64,000 nt of DNA from NCBI GenBank assembly GCA_905614355.1, contig CAJQSN010000010.1:8868-72867 (forward strand). The letters are read 5' to 3'. This DNA is from an uncultured Rhodospirillales bacterium (lineage in GTDB: Bacteria > Pseudomonadota > Alphaproteobacteria > Rhodospirillales > UBA2165). The position numbers and the translations under genes were made by a program. The notes under the pieces are model-generated. The model saw nothing but the letters and a program-made list of their open reading frames with translations, made no database searches and was not told where the DNA came from. Positions 27,764 through 37,158 of the stretch are shown in pieces. The number at the start of each line of letters is the position of its first letter. The first letter of the stretch is position 1.

Positions 27764-27834
27764 GGCACTGTCAGAGGAAACCTGATTTAACGCTATCGCT
27801 GCTTTCTCATAACCTTTGTGGATGAAAAATCCCT
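27764..27834 (+). mobile_element. IS6-family left-end fragment (IRL + 4 codons)
   Basis: GGCACTGTCAGAGGAAACC, then ATG AAA AAT CCC at 27822; similarity is then lost. Lies 78 bp from direct-repeat copy 2. Confidence 0.65.
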
Positions 27835-27912
27835 GTTAATCAGGGAAACAGGCCAAAGGGAACTGCCTAAAAACCCTAACTGAGACTATTGAGAAAAAGC
27901 CTGCCATTATCA

Positions 27913-28026
27913 AATGAGGGTGCGTCTCAGGTTCCATTGAGGAATGCTAAGTGCCCGGAAACTAGAACAAAATACAGGGAAAAAGACTGAGCAACCCAAA
28001 GGCAAGGGTAGCTGGCGGAGAGGGTG
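27913..28026. repeat. 114-bp direct repeat copy 2 (att-like), overlapping the tRNA-Ser 3' end
   Basis: See copy 1. Nt 28013-28026 are the genuine tRNA 3' end. Confidence 0.8.
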
Positions 28027-28104
28027 GGATTCGAACCCACGATACATTTGCATGTATACCAGTTTTCGAGACTGGCGCGATCGACCGGGCTCTGCCACCT
28101 CTCC
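28013..28104 (-). tRNA. tRNA-Ser (anticodon CGA)
   Basis: Reverse complement: GGAGAGGTGGCAGAGCCCGGTCGATCGCGCCAGTCTCGAAAACTGGTATACATGCAAATGTATCGTGGGTTCGAATCCCACCCTCTCCGCCA. It has a 7-bp acceptor stem, anticodon stem CCAGT/ACTGG with loop CTCGAAA, a long variable arm (ATACAT/ATGTAT), T arm GTGGG-TTCGAAT-CCCAC and an encoded CCA. The D stem looks weak by eye. Confidence 0.85.
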
Positions 28105-28254
28105 GCTGTCTGATTAATTATTCGGATTCTTCCTCAAAGTCAAAGTAGTCTTTCAAACTAATGCATCAAAGACCCAAGAATAAATCAAGTTCACTATCAA
28201 CTTAACAAAATAAAAAACCTTTTATAATTTAAAATTAAATATTCATGTTAGTCG

Positions 28255-28282
28255 TTGACACTATTTGGCCTTAACTTATCAT
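28255..28282 (+). promoter_or_regulatory. candidate sigma70-type promoter
   Basis: TTGACA (28255-28260), 16-nt spacer, TATCAT (28277-28282), ~70 bp upstream of the 28351 start. Confidence 0.3.
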
Positions 28283-28350
28283 AAATTCACTAATAACTCT
28301 GATAAACGTTGCATTCATTGTTTGGTGAGTAAAAATCGTGAGAAAATAAT

Positions 28351-29433
28351 ATGGTAGAAGAAATTCAAACTGCGGCAGCCAAACTATGGCACGTAGAACT
28401 AGAAACAACGGTTGGCGGATCTGGCGTGAATGCCGTTGATGTGATCGTTGTTGACCTTAAAACAAAAGCCGGCCTTACTGGTCGCGGTTTCAGTTATGTT
28501 TTAGGCTCTACAGGCCGTACCGCCACGATCGCAGCTAGAGAACTAATAGAAAGTTTTATCATAAACAAGCCCCTACCTCATCCCGAGTTACTCGCCAAAG
28601 AAATACGCCAATCATTTAACCGAACTGGCCGAGGACCCAACGTAATTGCTCAAGCAGCTATAGACACCGCCATATGGGACTTGTACGCAAAATCATTAGA
28701 TTGTTCAGTTGGCGTTGCCATGGGAGGGAAGGCTCGTGAAGTCCCGGTTTATGGAAGTGGTGGATTCAATACCATACAAAGCCCCGAAGAAGCTGCTGAA
28801 CAAGCTCAATCCTATTTAGAGCGAGGCGTAAGAGCTGTAAAACCCCGGGTAGCTGGAAGCCTAAAAGATGAAAAAGTAATTGAAGCCGTCAGATATGTCA
28901 TTGAGGGTAAGGCTGACCTGATGCTGGATGCTAATGAAAAATGTGATCAAGCTTCGGCAATAAGACTAATGGAGGTAGCAAATAACAACGGAGTTCTCTT
29001 TGTTGAGGAACCCCTTCCCGCTCAGAATTTATCGGGATACCTTCAAATTTCCAAACGGACATCCTGCGCTATAGCATTAGGAGAACATCTCCAGGGTGTG
29101 AGTGAAGCCTACCCTTTTATGGCCGATGGGATTTGTAATATTATACAACCAGATTTAGCAATGATGGGAGGCCTAACCGAATGTCTGCGTATTGTCCGTT
29201 ATGCGGAGATCATTGGAACTTCGGTTGCCCCTCACTTTTTACCACATATATTCATTCACCTTGCAGCCGTTTCTTCAAATATAACTTGGTTGGAAGATTT
29301 TCCTCTTCTGGAACCTATTTTTGGTAATCCTCAAACCTTTAATTCGAATGGCATAATGACACTTAACGGATTACCCGGCTTGGGTTTAGAATGGGATGAA
29401 GATGCTGAGAGGCAATACAAAGTTGATTTTTAA
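28351..29433 (+). CDS. enolase-superfamily enzyme (mandelate racemase/muconate lactonizing enzyme family)
   Basis: RAVKPRV, LMLDANEKCD, FVEEPLP, LGEH and IIQPDLAMMGG match the spacing of metal ligands and catalytic residues in MR/MLE-family proteins. Confidence 0.8.
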   Translation: MVEEIQTAAAKLWHVELETTVGGSGVNAVDVIVVDLKTKAGLTGRGFSYVLGSTGRTATIAARELIESFIINKPLPHPELLAKEIRQSFNRTGRGPNVIAQAAIDTAIWDLYAKSLDCSVGVAMGGKAREVPVYGSGGFNTIQSPEEAAEQAQSYLERGVRAVKPRVAGSLKDEKVIEAVRYVIEGKADLMLDANEKCDQASAIRLMEVANNNGVLFVEEPLPAQNLSGYLQISKRTSCAIALGEHLQGVSEAYPFMADGICNIIQPDLAMMGGLTECLRIVRYAEIIGTSVAPHFLPHIFIHLAAVSSNITWLEDFPLLEPIFGNPQTFNSNGIMTLNGLPGLGLEWDEDAERQYKVDF

Positions 29434-29485
29434 TTAATAAAACATCACAACAAACCTAAATAAAACTACTTGTGGGGATTGAACC

Positions 29486-30298
29486 TTGTTGCGCCTATAC
29501 GAATATCCAAATTCTGTATGTTGTCAGAAAGTTAATTTAGCATTAGCTGAAACAAACTTAGAATGGGAGCCTGTTACTGTCAATTTAGGTAAAAATGAAC
29601 ATTATAGTTCAGATTACCTAAAACTGAACCCAAAAGCAGTGGTTCCTACTTTAACACATGATGGGTCAACAATAATTGAATCAACTTTAATTTGTGAATA
29701 CTTAGATGAAATTTCTAAAGAAAAAAAACTTACGCCTGATACACCATTAGGACGGACCAAAATGCGAGGCTGGAGTAAAGCCGTTGATGAAGGACTTCAT
29801 GACGGTGTCGCCGATATTAGTTTTTCGGCCATGTTTCGAGAGCGAATGAAACGAATGCCAGAAGACAGGCGTCAACAACGTTTCGAAAATATTGGCGATC
29901 CGAAACGCTACGATAGAGGAAAAACAACTTTCGATTCTGGGGTTGCATCTCCCTTCGTCAAATACGCCGTTTATGCATTCGAAGCTACATTCAAAAATAT
30001 CGAAATAGAACTTAGCGATGGAAAAGACTGGCTTGTCGAAGGGAAATATAGCCTAGCAGATCTCGGCTTAACTCCCTATCTCGCACGCCTGGAATATCTT
30101 AATCTATTAGAAGTTTGGCTTAGCAGTAAAAAGTATACCCAGAGTTGGTGGGAGCGTATAAAAACTAGACCTAGTTTTAAGAAGGCTATTTCGGATCCAC
30201 TGACAAAAGATGAAATTGGAGAAATGGTGGCTTCAGGAAGTAAAATCAGGGATCAGATAACGCTAATTCGAGATGGACTACCAGTCCGAAATTTATAG
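29486..30298 (+). CDS. glutathione S-transferase family protein
   Basis: TTG start after GGGGA. Thioredoxin-like N-domain (LYEYPNSVCCQKVNLALAE ... VVPTLTHDGSTIIESTLICEYL) plus a helical C-domain (YSLADLGLTPYLARL). Confidence 0.75.
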   Translation: MLRLYEYPNSVCCQKVNLALAETNLEWEPVTVNLGKNEHYSSDYLKLNPKAVVPTLTHDGSTIIESTLICEYLDEISKEKKLTPDTPLGRTKMRGWSKAVDEGLHDGVADISFSAMFRERMKRMPEDRRQQRFENIGDPKRYDRGKTTFDSGVASPFVKYAVYAFEATFKNIEIELSDGKDWLVEGKYSLADLGLTPYLARLEYLNLLEVWLSSKKYTQSWWERIKTRPSFKKAISDPLTKDEIGEMVASGSKIRDQITLIRDGLPVRNL

Positions 30299-30605
30299 AC
30301 GCAGAAGCAGTGAATTAATAAAATAAATAGCGCGTAGAATTAGACCAACAGCCGACCTACATAACCCTCACCCTATTTTAACACATCTTAAAATCAAATG
30401 ACCATATCTCGTTTAGATACAAAATGCTGGCGCATAGACTAAATATTCTCAAGGCGCTAATGGATTTATCAAAAACCGTTATGAGGGTTGAATGCACTAT
30501 TGATCGGAGCTTTCGTTTCCTTAAAGCTTATATTTCCAGCAGAACAAAAGTCTGCCAAGAGCGACCACGAAATTTCCTGACAGTCCCGTAGATAGAGGTG
30601 CTAGA

Positions 30606-31664
30606 CTAACCAACACGCCCGGCAATTTCCGCCGAATCTTTTGCATAGCGAAAGGCGCGGAATACCCAGTTCGCATCTTCCCCGGTAAACATCTTACCCA
30701 AATAAGGTGAGATATATTCCCAGACGATCTCACCCCCCGGGGTAACCTCAAATAAACGACCCCAAAGACCTTCGCAAATGAGAGTGTTGCCGGACGAAAG
30801 CCGTTCCTGGCCGCTAATATGATGGGAATAGAAGTGACTAGCCGGATTGCTTTTATAGATCCAGACTTCTTCCTTGGTTTCCGGGTTGATTTCAATAATT
30901 CGAGAGTGCTGATGGCCTTCATAGGTATTCGAGCCGTTGGCAAAGAGGATGATATTGCCGTTGTCGAGCACCTGGCAATCATGCTGGCCGCCCCAACTAA
31001 AATCAGTTTTTTCCCATTTTATCGCTTTGGTTTCCCGATCAATGATTGCAACTGTATTAATGTGGCGCAAGCTAACCATGACATCACCATTGGGCAGCGG
31101 AAAGGTAGCGTTGAGCCAGCAAAATACACGAAGCCCGGTCATCGGATTTATGGGATACTTTTCAATGTCCATACTGTGGGTGGACCACTGCCAAACCGTA
31201 TTACCGTCAGGGTCCACTTCACGAACATAATCATTGTATAATCCATCTTCAGGGAACGAAGAAGGCCGACCGCCAGTCACCAGAGCAGCTCGGTCTTCGG
31301 GCATTTTTTCCCAACCGGCATATAGTGTATTACCATTTTCCAGACGCCTCGCGTCATGATGCTGAAACGGATCGATAAATTCATTAATGACGTTACCATC
31401 CCAATCTACTTCACGCATTAATCCACCCTGAGCGCCACCTGGAAAAGTCACTCCCCCTTCGGATTCGACAGCGTAGAAGAGATTACCGTTAGGCAGTAGC
31501 CGAGCGTAGCCGCCAGGATTACCCGGCAAATCCCACTGATGAACGACATTGCCTGCCATATCAATGAGAAGCGTCTCCTTTCTCCATAATGGTGAAAACA
31601 GAGTAAAGCCATCGGTTGCTTGAGATTTATCGTATAGTGTGACGCCGGTTTGTAAAAGTCTCAT
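30606..31664 (-). CDS. ASST-like (arylsulfotransferase family) beta-propeller protein
   Basis: Repeated blades of the type DxxGNVVxxW...NGN (LIDMAGNVVHQW, LPNGNLFY, VDPDGNTVWQW, LDNGNIILFANG, INPETKEEVWIY, TPGGEIVWEY), as in Arylsulfotran_2-type proteins. Family call from memory only. Confidence 0.5.
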   Translation of the reverse strand: MRLLQTGVTLYDKSQATDGFTLFSPLWRKETLLIDMAGNVVHQWDLPGNPGGYARLLPNGNLFYAVESEGGVTFPGGAQGGLMREVDWDGNVINEFIDPFQHHDARRLENGNTLYAGWEKMPEDRAALVTGGRPSSFPEDGLYNDYVREVDPDGNTVWQWSTHSMDIEKYPINPMTGLRVFCWLNATFPLPNGDVMVSLRHINTVAIIDRETKAIKWEKTDFSWGGQHDCQVLDNGNIILFANGSNTYEGHQHSRIIEINPETKEEVWIYKSNPASHFYSHHISGQERLSSGNTLICEGLWGRLFEVTPGGEIVWEYISPYLGKMFTGEDANWVFRAFRYAKDSAEIAGRVG

Positions 31665-31952
31665 AGTCCTAACCTCGTTTTCCCCAAAATACCAACTGTA
31701 TGAGCAGTTGATGAGGTGGAGACTAAACCATTATTGGCTAGCTTAGCAAAACAATTTTATTGGAATTGGACTACTTGTTGAAACTCCAGCATTAGAGCTA
31801 CTACACCCTTTTAAATATGCTTGATCTGACGGTCTAAGAGACAGATAATATATCTCGAAAAAATAACAGACCCCCGTTCATGCACACGCATCCTATTTTG
31901 AAAGATGCTGTTAGAACCGGCTTTTATTATTTAATTAATTATAGGAGCCGAG

Positions 31953-32699
31953 TTGTTTGAAATACCTACCAATTTACTTTCGTTTGAGCTAACAATTGCG
32001 TTTCTTTGCTTATTCTTTTGCGCGATAGTACAAGGTTATTCAGGGTTTGGTGGTGGATTAATGATAGTACCAATCATGGCGCTTTTATTTGGTCCAGTAA
32101 CAGGAATTGCGCTGGTATCTATTCCTTTTTTCTTTGGGATGCTGTTTCTTATTCCTCGTGCTATAGGTCACGTAAATTGGAGAGAGGTTCTACCCCTGGC
32201 ATCCATAAGCTCCATCGCAATTCTTATAGGACAAATTTTTCTACTATCAGCAGATGCAAGAAATTTAAAAATCGCCATGGGCATTTTTATTATTATTTTT
32301 GCCATCCTGTTTCTTCGGAATTGGAAATATTCTGGAAAAAGAAACTTTATGACAAGAGGGTTGGTTGGAGCTGCTGCAGGCAGTGTAACAGGTGCATTTG
32401 GGATCCCCGGTGGTCCGATAGCGGTAATGTACTATCTCTCTGCTCCAATCGAGCCGAAAGAACAGCGCGCTAATATCGTCTTAACCGGATTCATAAATAC
32501 TATAGTATTCATTATGGGTTTTATTTTTCATGATGTTTATAACCAAGTATCAATAATTGAGAGTGGTAGTTTAGTTCCAGCTTTTATAGTCGGATCTATT
32601 TTAGGCCAATATTTATTTAATGTTGCACCAGCCAAGTGGTTTAATAAAGTCAACTCTGTAATGCTTTTGGTGATCGGTGCAGTTATCACTGTGTTGTAA
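31953..32699 (+). CDS. TauE/SafE (TSUP) family anion exporter/permease
   Basis: TTG start after AGGAG. Multi-TM protein with YSGFGGGLMIVP and FGIPGGPIAV repeats typical of the TSUP/DUF81 family. Confidence 0.75.
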   Translation: MFEIPTNLLSFELTIAFLCLFFCAIVQGYSGFGGGLMIVPIMALLFGPVTGIALVSIPFFFGMLFLIPRAIGHVNWREVLPLASISSIAILIGQIFLLSADARNLKIAMGIFIIIFAILFLRNWKYSGKRNFMTRGLVGAAAGSVTGAFGIPGGPIAVMYYLSAPIEPKEQRANIVLTGFINTIVFIMGFIFHDVYNQVSIIESGSLVPAFIVGSILGQYLFNVAPAKWFNKVNSVMLLVIGAVITVL

Positions 32700-32764
32700 G
32701 GTTTTATCACAAACTTCGATGAAGGAAGTAATTTTCTACATGAAATTTATTTATGGTTTAAGGC

Positions 32765-33250
32765 TTAATCCAATAGTGGGCCGCGACGAGGCTCGCCACC
32801 TGGTAATTGAAAATGGATGTCGTGGGCGTCGGCAATACGAACGACTTCATTAGGATTTGGAACGTTGTGGATCGCCTTGAATAGATCGAACGTTTTGTTG
32901 GTTGGTTCAGCCCAAAAAATTCCTTTTGCCGTTTCCCCAGAATTGTTGAATAAAGAGTGGGTTACATAACGTGGAAAAGCAATAATTTCTCCAGGGACCG
33001 CGTGACGCTCCTCGCCATCCAGTACCATATCTAATTCGCCTTCAGTCAAATACAGAAATTCATCCTGGGTCGAATGAGAATGCGGCGGAATGAACGTCTC
33101 TTCAGGTATAATTCCTTCCCACCAGAACCGCTCCTCATCAAGTTGTTTAGGAATATAAATTTGTCCCATAACGTTCCAGACCATACCACCAATAGGCTTT
33201 GTGTCGTTCAAAATATGATCAATCTCTTTTGCAGTCACAGACATGTTCAA
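32765..33250 (-). CDS. cupin domain protein
   Basis: Cupin motifs PPHSHSTQDEFLYLTEGEL and GEIIAFPRYVTHSLFN. The start overlaps the sulfatase stop by 4 nt. Confidence 0.7.
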   Translation of the reverse strand: MNMSVTAKEIDHILNDTKPIGGMVWNVMGQIYIPKQLDEERFWWEGIIPEETFIPPHSHSTQDEFLYLTEGELDMVLDGEERHAVPGEIIAFPRYVTHSLFNNSGETAKGIFWAEPTNKTFDLFKAIHNVPNPNEVVRIADAHDIHFQLPGGEPRRGPLLD

Positions 33251-34935
33251 CCCCCTTTTTTAAGTTTATTTTGTGCCTTACTCCAAACAGGATTAAAAGT
33301 AGCAAAAATTGGTTTCGGCTTCCAACCTTTGCGTACTTCGGCTAACTCCTCTTTATTAGAGTAGCCAATCAAGATGCCAGCTTCTGCGATGTTTCGCTGC
33401 ACATCGGTATTTTCAAGCATTCCATCTGTTATAGTCACTCGTTGGCGCGGCTTCAATGCCCATTCAAATAATAATCGATCAAGCCTAATTCGCTCCTGCT
33501 CAAATTCTGGATCATCTCCAAGGTCATTGAATTCGTTGGGATCCACCTCAAGATCGAACAGCATTGGTCTGAAGCCATTGGACATAACATACTTATAACG
33601 GCCGTCAAAAACCATACGGAGCCAGCACTCACGGGGAGGCATGTCGAGGTCCATACGAGCGTTCATAAAGGCATAGTCATATTCGCTAATCACGTACGTA
33701 CGCCAGTCATCTGGTTTTTCGTCATGAATTAGTGGTTGAAGTGCGCGACCATCTAGGATGTGGGGCTGAGGATATCCTCCAACAGCCTGCAATATTGTCG
33801 GTACAAGATCGATCGCCTCAATTAACTCATTGGAGGTCGTCCCGCGTGTTTTATCTGCTGCCGGACTTGGATCATACAAGATGAATGGAATTCGCACACT
33901 TGGCTCATGAAATAAGTCTTTCTCTCCCATCCAGTGATCACCGAGATAGTCGCCGTGATCCGAGGTAAAGATAATCATTGTGTTATCCATCTGACCTCGT
34001 TCTTTCAAAAAATTGATCAACCGCCCAATTTCATCGTCAATTTGCTTGATCATACCCATATAAGCCGGCAAAACCGAATTACGCACTTCATCACGGGACA
34101 TGGCCTGAGAAATCTTGAGCTTCTGAAATTCACCGTAGACAGGATGAGGGTTATCTTTTTCACTTTCATCCCGCACTATTGGCAGTGCATCATCTGGACA
34201 GTACATATCCGAATAGGGGGCCGGCGTCATATAAGGCCAATGTGGTTTGATATAGGAAAGATGAAGGCACCACGGCTCCTCGTCCGCCTCAGAGATGAAA
34301 TCCATAGCTCGGCCTGTTATGTAGGCCGTCTCCGAATGCTCTGCAGGAACCCTCGCCGGCAAATGGGCATGCTCGAGGTACCATCCCGAGAGGAGTTCAC
34401 CATCTGGCCCCTCGGCAGAGTTTGCCCAATCCTCCCATGGATTTTCTCCGCCGAAACCTTTTCCCCTAAGATACTGGTTATACTTTGGATTAGGATCGTG
34501 ACTCGAGCTGGGGTGCACGCCGTCATCCCTCTCAAAGGGCTCAAACCCACACTCCGAAGCAAAAACGCCCTCAGGAGATTTTGCTTGGATACCAAGGCGG
34601 GCCATACCCATATAGTCAGCACGCATGTGTGTCTTTCCAACCAGCGCCGTGCGAATACCAAGAGGGCGAAGGTGATCACCTAGCGTTTGCTCTCCGATAC
34701 GTAGAGGCACGAAGTTCCAGCTTGCTCCATGAGAATTAACATAACGGCCGGTATAAAAACTCATACGAGAGGCACCGCATACAGGCGACTGACAATAGGC
34801 GCGATTAAACTGGACGCCACGGGCTGCTATTCCATCAATATGAGGCGTCTTTAGGTTAGGGTGGCCATAGCAGGATAAATAATCCCATCGTAGTTGATCA
34901 CACATAATGAACAAAATATTGGGAGGATTTGCCAT
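33247..34935 (-). CDS. sulfatase family protein (choline-/aryl-sulfatase-like), CxAxR variant
   Basis: PNILFIMCDQLRWD, then the formylglycine motif region SPVCGASRMSFYTGR (Ala in place of the usual Pro), GKTHM, and FTSDHGDYLGDH. Confidence 0.85.
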   Translation of the reverse strand: MANPPNILFIMCDQLRWDYLSCYGHPNLKTPHIDGIAARGVQFNRAYCQSPVCGASRMSFYTGRYVNSHGASWNFVPLRIGEQTLGDHLRPLGIRTALVGKTHMRADYMGMARLGIQAKSPEGVFASECGFEPFERDDGVHPSSSHDPNPKYNQYLRGKGFGGENPWEDWANSAEGPDGELLSGWYLEHAHLPARVPAEHSETAYITGRAMDFISEADEEPWCLHLSYIKPHWPYMTPAPYSDMYCPDDALPIVRDESEKDNPHPVYGEFQKLKISQAMSRDEVRNSVLPAYMGMIKQIDDEIGRLINFLKERGQMDNTMIIFTSDHGDYLGDHWMGEKDLFHEPSVRIPFILYDPSPAADKTRGTTSNELIEAIDLVPTILQAVGGYPQPHILDGRALQPLIHDEKPDDWRTYVISEYDYAFMNARMDLDMPPRECWLRMVFDGRYKYVMSNGFRPMLFDLEVDPNEFNDLGDDPEFEQERIRLDRLLFEWALKPRQRVTITDGMLENTDVQRNIAEAGILIGYSNKEELAEVRKGWKPKPIFATFNPVWSKAQNKLKKGG

Positions 34936-35040
34936 ATTAGATTACCTCAGTCTTATTTTTTTGAGTTTGGTTCAATTTATTTAATTCAGTACTCACCTTA
35001 CCTTGATCAGCCTTCATGGGCGGATAGGAGAACGTATTTC

Positions 35041-35895
35041 TCATAATGAAGCTGGCTTTGCGAGCGAGCCAAATTCCGTTACATGTATTCCTGTTTCAAT
35101 TTTCCGGCGCTTAACGTACGCGCGAAAACCTTCTGCTTGACCATCATTTTCCCAGTTTACAAGTGCTACTTGATAACTCGAATGCAATTTTACCTGGTCA
35201 AACCAACGGGTTAAATTGAGATAGCGGTCTAACGGCCAGTCCATCAAACTCATTCTATGAATATTTGGCATCCAAGCTATATCAGCTAACGACATTTTCT
35301 CACCAGCAATCCATTTTTGATTTTTTAGTATAGTATCTAATTTTGAAAAATAAACATCGGTACGATTTACAGAGTCATCTAATTTCTCTTTTGAAAATAT
35401 ATTTCCTATCTGCCATTCTTTTATAAACGTAACCAAGGTTTGATTGTTATGATTTTTAGAAAAGGCTTCTAATTCTTCTGAAGACATTTTTTTTCGAGGC
35501 CTAAATAGAAACTCATGGGATAAAAGCTTTAAATCCGCCTGGGCTTTATCAGCCAAGATTAGCCAATTACTCATGGTGATCTGATCTTTAGTATCATTTG
35601 GCTGTAAAGAAAATTTAGAATAATTTTCATCTAAATAGGTAATAATGTCGCAAGATTCGATCAATAATACACCATTATCTACGAACGCCGGAACAAGACC
35701 ATAGGGGTGGATAGCTTGATATTCGGGCGTCGCGTGCTCATTTTTTGGTATACTAATGATATGGCTATTCCAATCCAGATTTTTTTCTTCAAGCGTTATA
35801 CGAACTCGTTGAGAACAACTTGACAGTTCGCCATGCCAGAGATGGAGGCCTGCTAGATCTTTGAGTGATTTATCACCCGGTTCAATTAGAGGCAT
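35041..35895 (-). CDS. GST-like protein (thioredoxin-like N-domain + helical C-domain)
   Basis: LWHGELSSCSQRVRITLEEKNL ... GLVPAFVDNGVLLIESCDIITYL, and C-terminal MSLADIAWMPNIHR. Confidence 0.6.
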   Translation of the reverse strand: MPLIEPGDKSLKDLAGLHLWHGELSSCSQRVRITLEEKNLDWNSHIISIPKNEHATPEYQAIHPYGLVPAFVDNGVLLIESCDIITYLDENYSKFSLQPNDTKDQITMSNWLILADKAQADLKLLSHEFLFRPRKKMSSEELEAFSKNHNNQTLVTFIKEWQIGNIFSKEKLDDSVNRTDVYFSKLDTILKNQKWIAGEKMSLADIAWMPNIHRMSLMDWPLDRYLNLTRWFDQVKLHSSYQVALVNWENDGQAEGFRAYVKRRKIETGIHVTEFGSLAKPASL

Positions 35896-36015
35896 ACTCT
35901 ATTCCTTGTGTTTTACTTAATAATTTGAACCCAATTCATGAGGCGATCAATTGCTATATTTTCACTACCTTCGCAGCCGTAGTATAAAAGGAGAGCAAGG
36001 AAACAATTAGAGGAT

Positions 36016-37134
36016 TTAAGCTAAAGCCTCTTTCAAAGCAGCCAAACAGGCACTGTTGTCCTCCTCGGTTCCAACTGTAATACGGATAAGATTTTCATAA
36101 CCGGCATCCGCCCACGCATTAATTTGGATACCCTTCTCAAGCATCAGCTTTACCATCTCGCGGCCATTACCCGATATGGGTGTCGACACAAAATTGGTAA
36201 CAGACGGAAACGGATCAAGACCCAACCCCCTCAATCCTTCAAAGATTTGATTTCGGCCAGCAGCAATCTGAGTTAAAATAAAATCGAGGTAATCAGTATC
36301 GAGGAGGGCTGCTTCGCCAGCATATTGCGCCAAAAGAGGGACGTTGAATACGCAGGTTGTCTTTTGAAGCGCCTGAGCGAGATTTTCATCACTACACAGC
36401 GCGTAGCCAATCCGCATCCCCGCCATTGCGTATGCTTTAGAGAATGTGAATACAGTAATCCAGGGACCTTTTCGGGTTTTTAGAATTTTTAGAACATCAG
36501 GACCACCTGCATGAATGCCAAAGTCATAGTAGGCCTCATCGACACAAAGAAGTACATCCTCCGGCACACCATGAATAACTTTCTTTAATCCAACTTCGTC
36601 CACCAGACGCCCACTTGGATTATTGGGTGTGATTAAAAAAACAATTTTTGTATTTTTATGTATCGCATTCAAAATCCCATCAGTATCAACATGACCGTCG
36701 GGTAAATTCTCAATCTCTGACACGTCAGCCTCGAACGCCGCCACCATCGATTTATAACCCCAGAAGGTAGGAACAGGCAGAACAAGCCCCTGTCCAGGCG
36801 AGAGGGATAGATCGATGGCACCTTTTAAAAGCTCTTCACTGCCATTGCCCCAGACAATACAGTTGTTATCGACACCCGTCCGCTCAGATATAATGTCACT
36901 GAGACGTGGGCATTGAGCATCAGGATATAAATTAACCGAACTTAAATTATCCTGCATTGCCTTAATAACTTTAGGTGATGGCGGATAACAACATTCGTTC
37001 AAGCCCATGGCGCGGATTTTTGATGTGTCTAATCCATTATACCGCAGTGCCCCATTCGTAGGAGGATCAACTTTTTTAGGGGCATCCTGGAGCGCTTTTC
37101 GAATATAGGGAGTTGGATTGTAGACGTTATCCAT
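36016..37134 (-). CDS. class I/II (HisC-like) pyridoxal-phosphate aminotransferase
   Basis: PNNPSGR, DEAYYDF and the PLP-lysine motif TFSKAYAMAGMRIGY are typical of histidinol-phosphate/aromatic aminotransferases. Confidence 0.8.
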   Translation of the reverse strand: MDNVYNPTPYIRKALQDAPKKVDPPTNGALRYNGLDTSKIRAMGLNECCYPPSPKVIKAMQDNLSSVNLYPDAQCPRLSDIISERTGVDNNCIVWGNGSEELLKGAIDLSLSPGQGLVLPVPTFWGYKSMVAAFEADVSEIENLPDGHVDTDGILNAIHKNTKIVFLITPNNPSGRLVDEVGLKKVIHGVPEDVLLCVDEAYYDFGIHAGGPDVLKILKTRKGPWITVFTFSKAYAMAGMRIGYALCSDENLAQALQKTTCVFNVPLLAQYAGEAALLDTDYLDFILTQIAAGRNQIFEGLRGLGLDPFPSVTNFVSTPISGNGREMVKLMLEKGIQINAWADAGYENLIRITVGTEEDNSACLAALKEALA

Positions 37135-37158
37135 TAGTAATTCCTTTTGAAATATTTT

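Noticed and set aside
27910-28098. 62-aa minus-strand ORF in the track
   Set aside because: It lies on top of the tRNA-Ser gene and the att-like repeat and has no protein-like features. It is a chance ORF.
33934-34683. 249-aa plus-strand ORF, and similar long antisense or alternate-frame ORFs (3405-3911, 3966-4454, 10763-11278, 12155-12634, 14928-15344, 19145-19537, 30521-30982, 30819-31241, 32006-32473, 24768-25136)
   Set aside because: All lie entirely inside well-supported genes on the other strand or in another frame, and their translations are low-complexity or Arg/Ser-rich. They are shadow ORFs.
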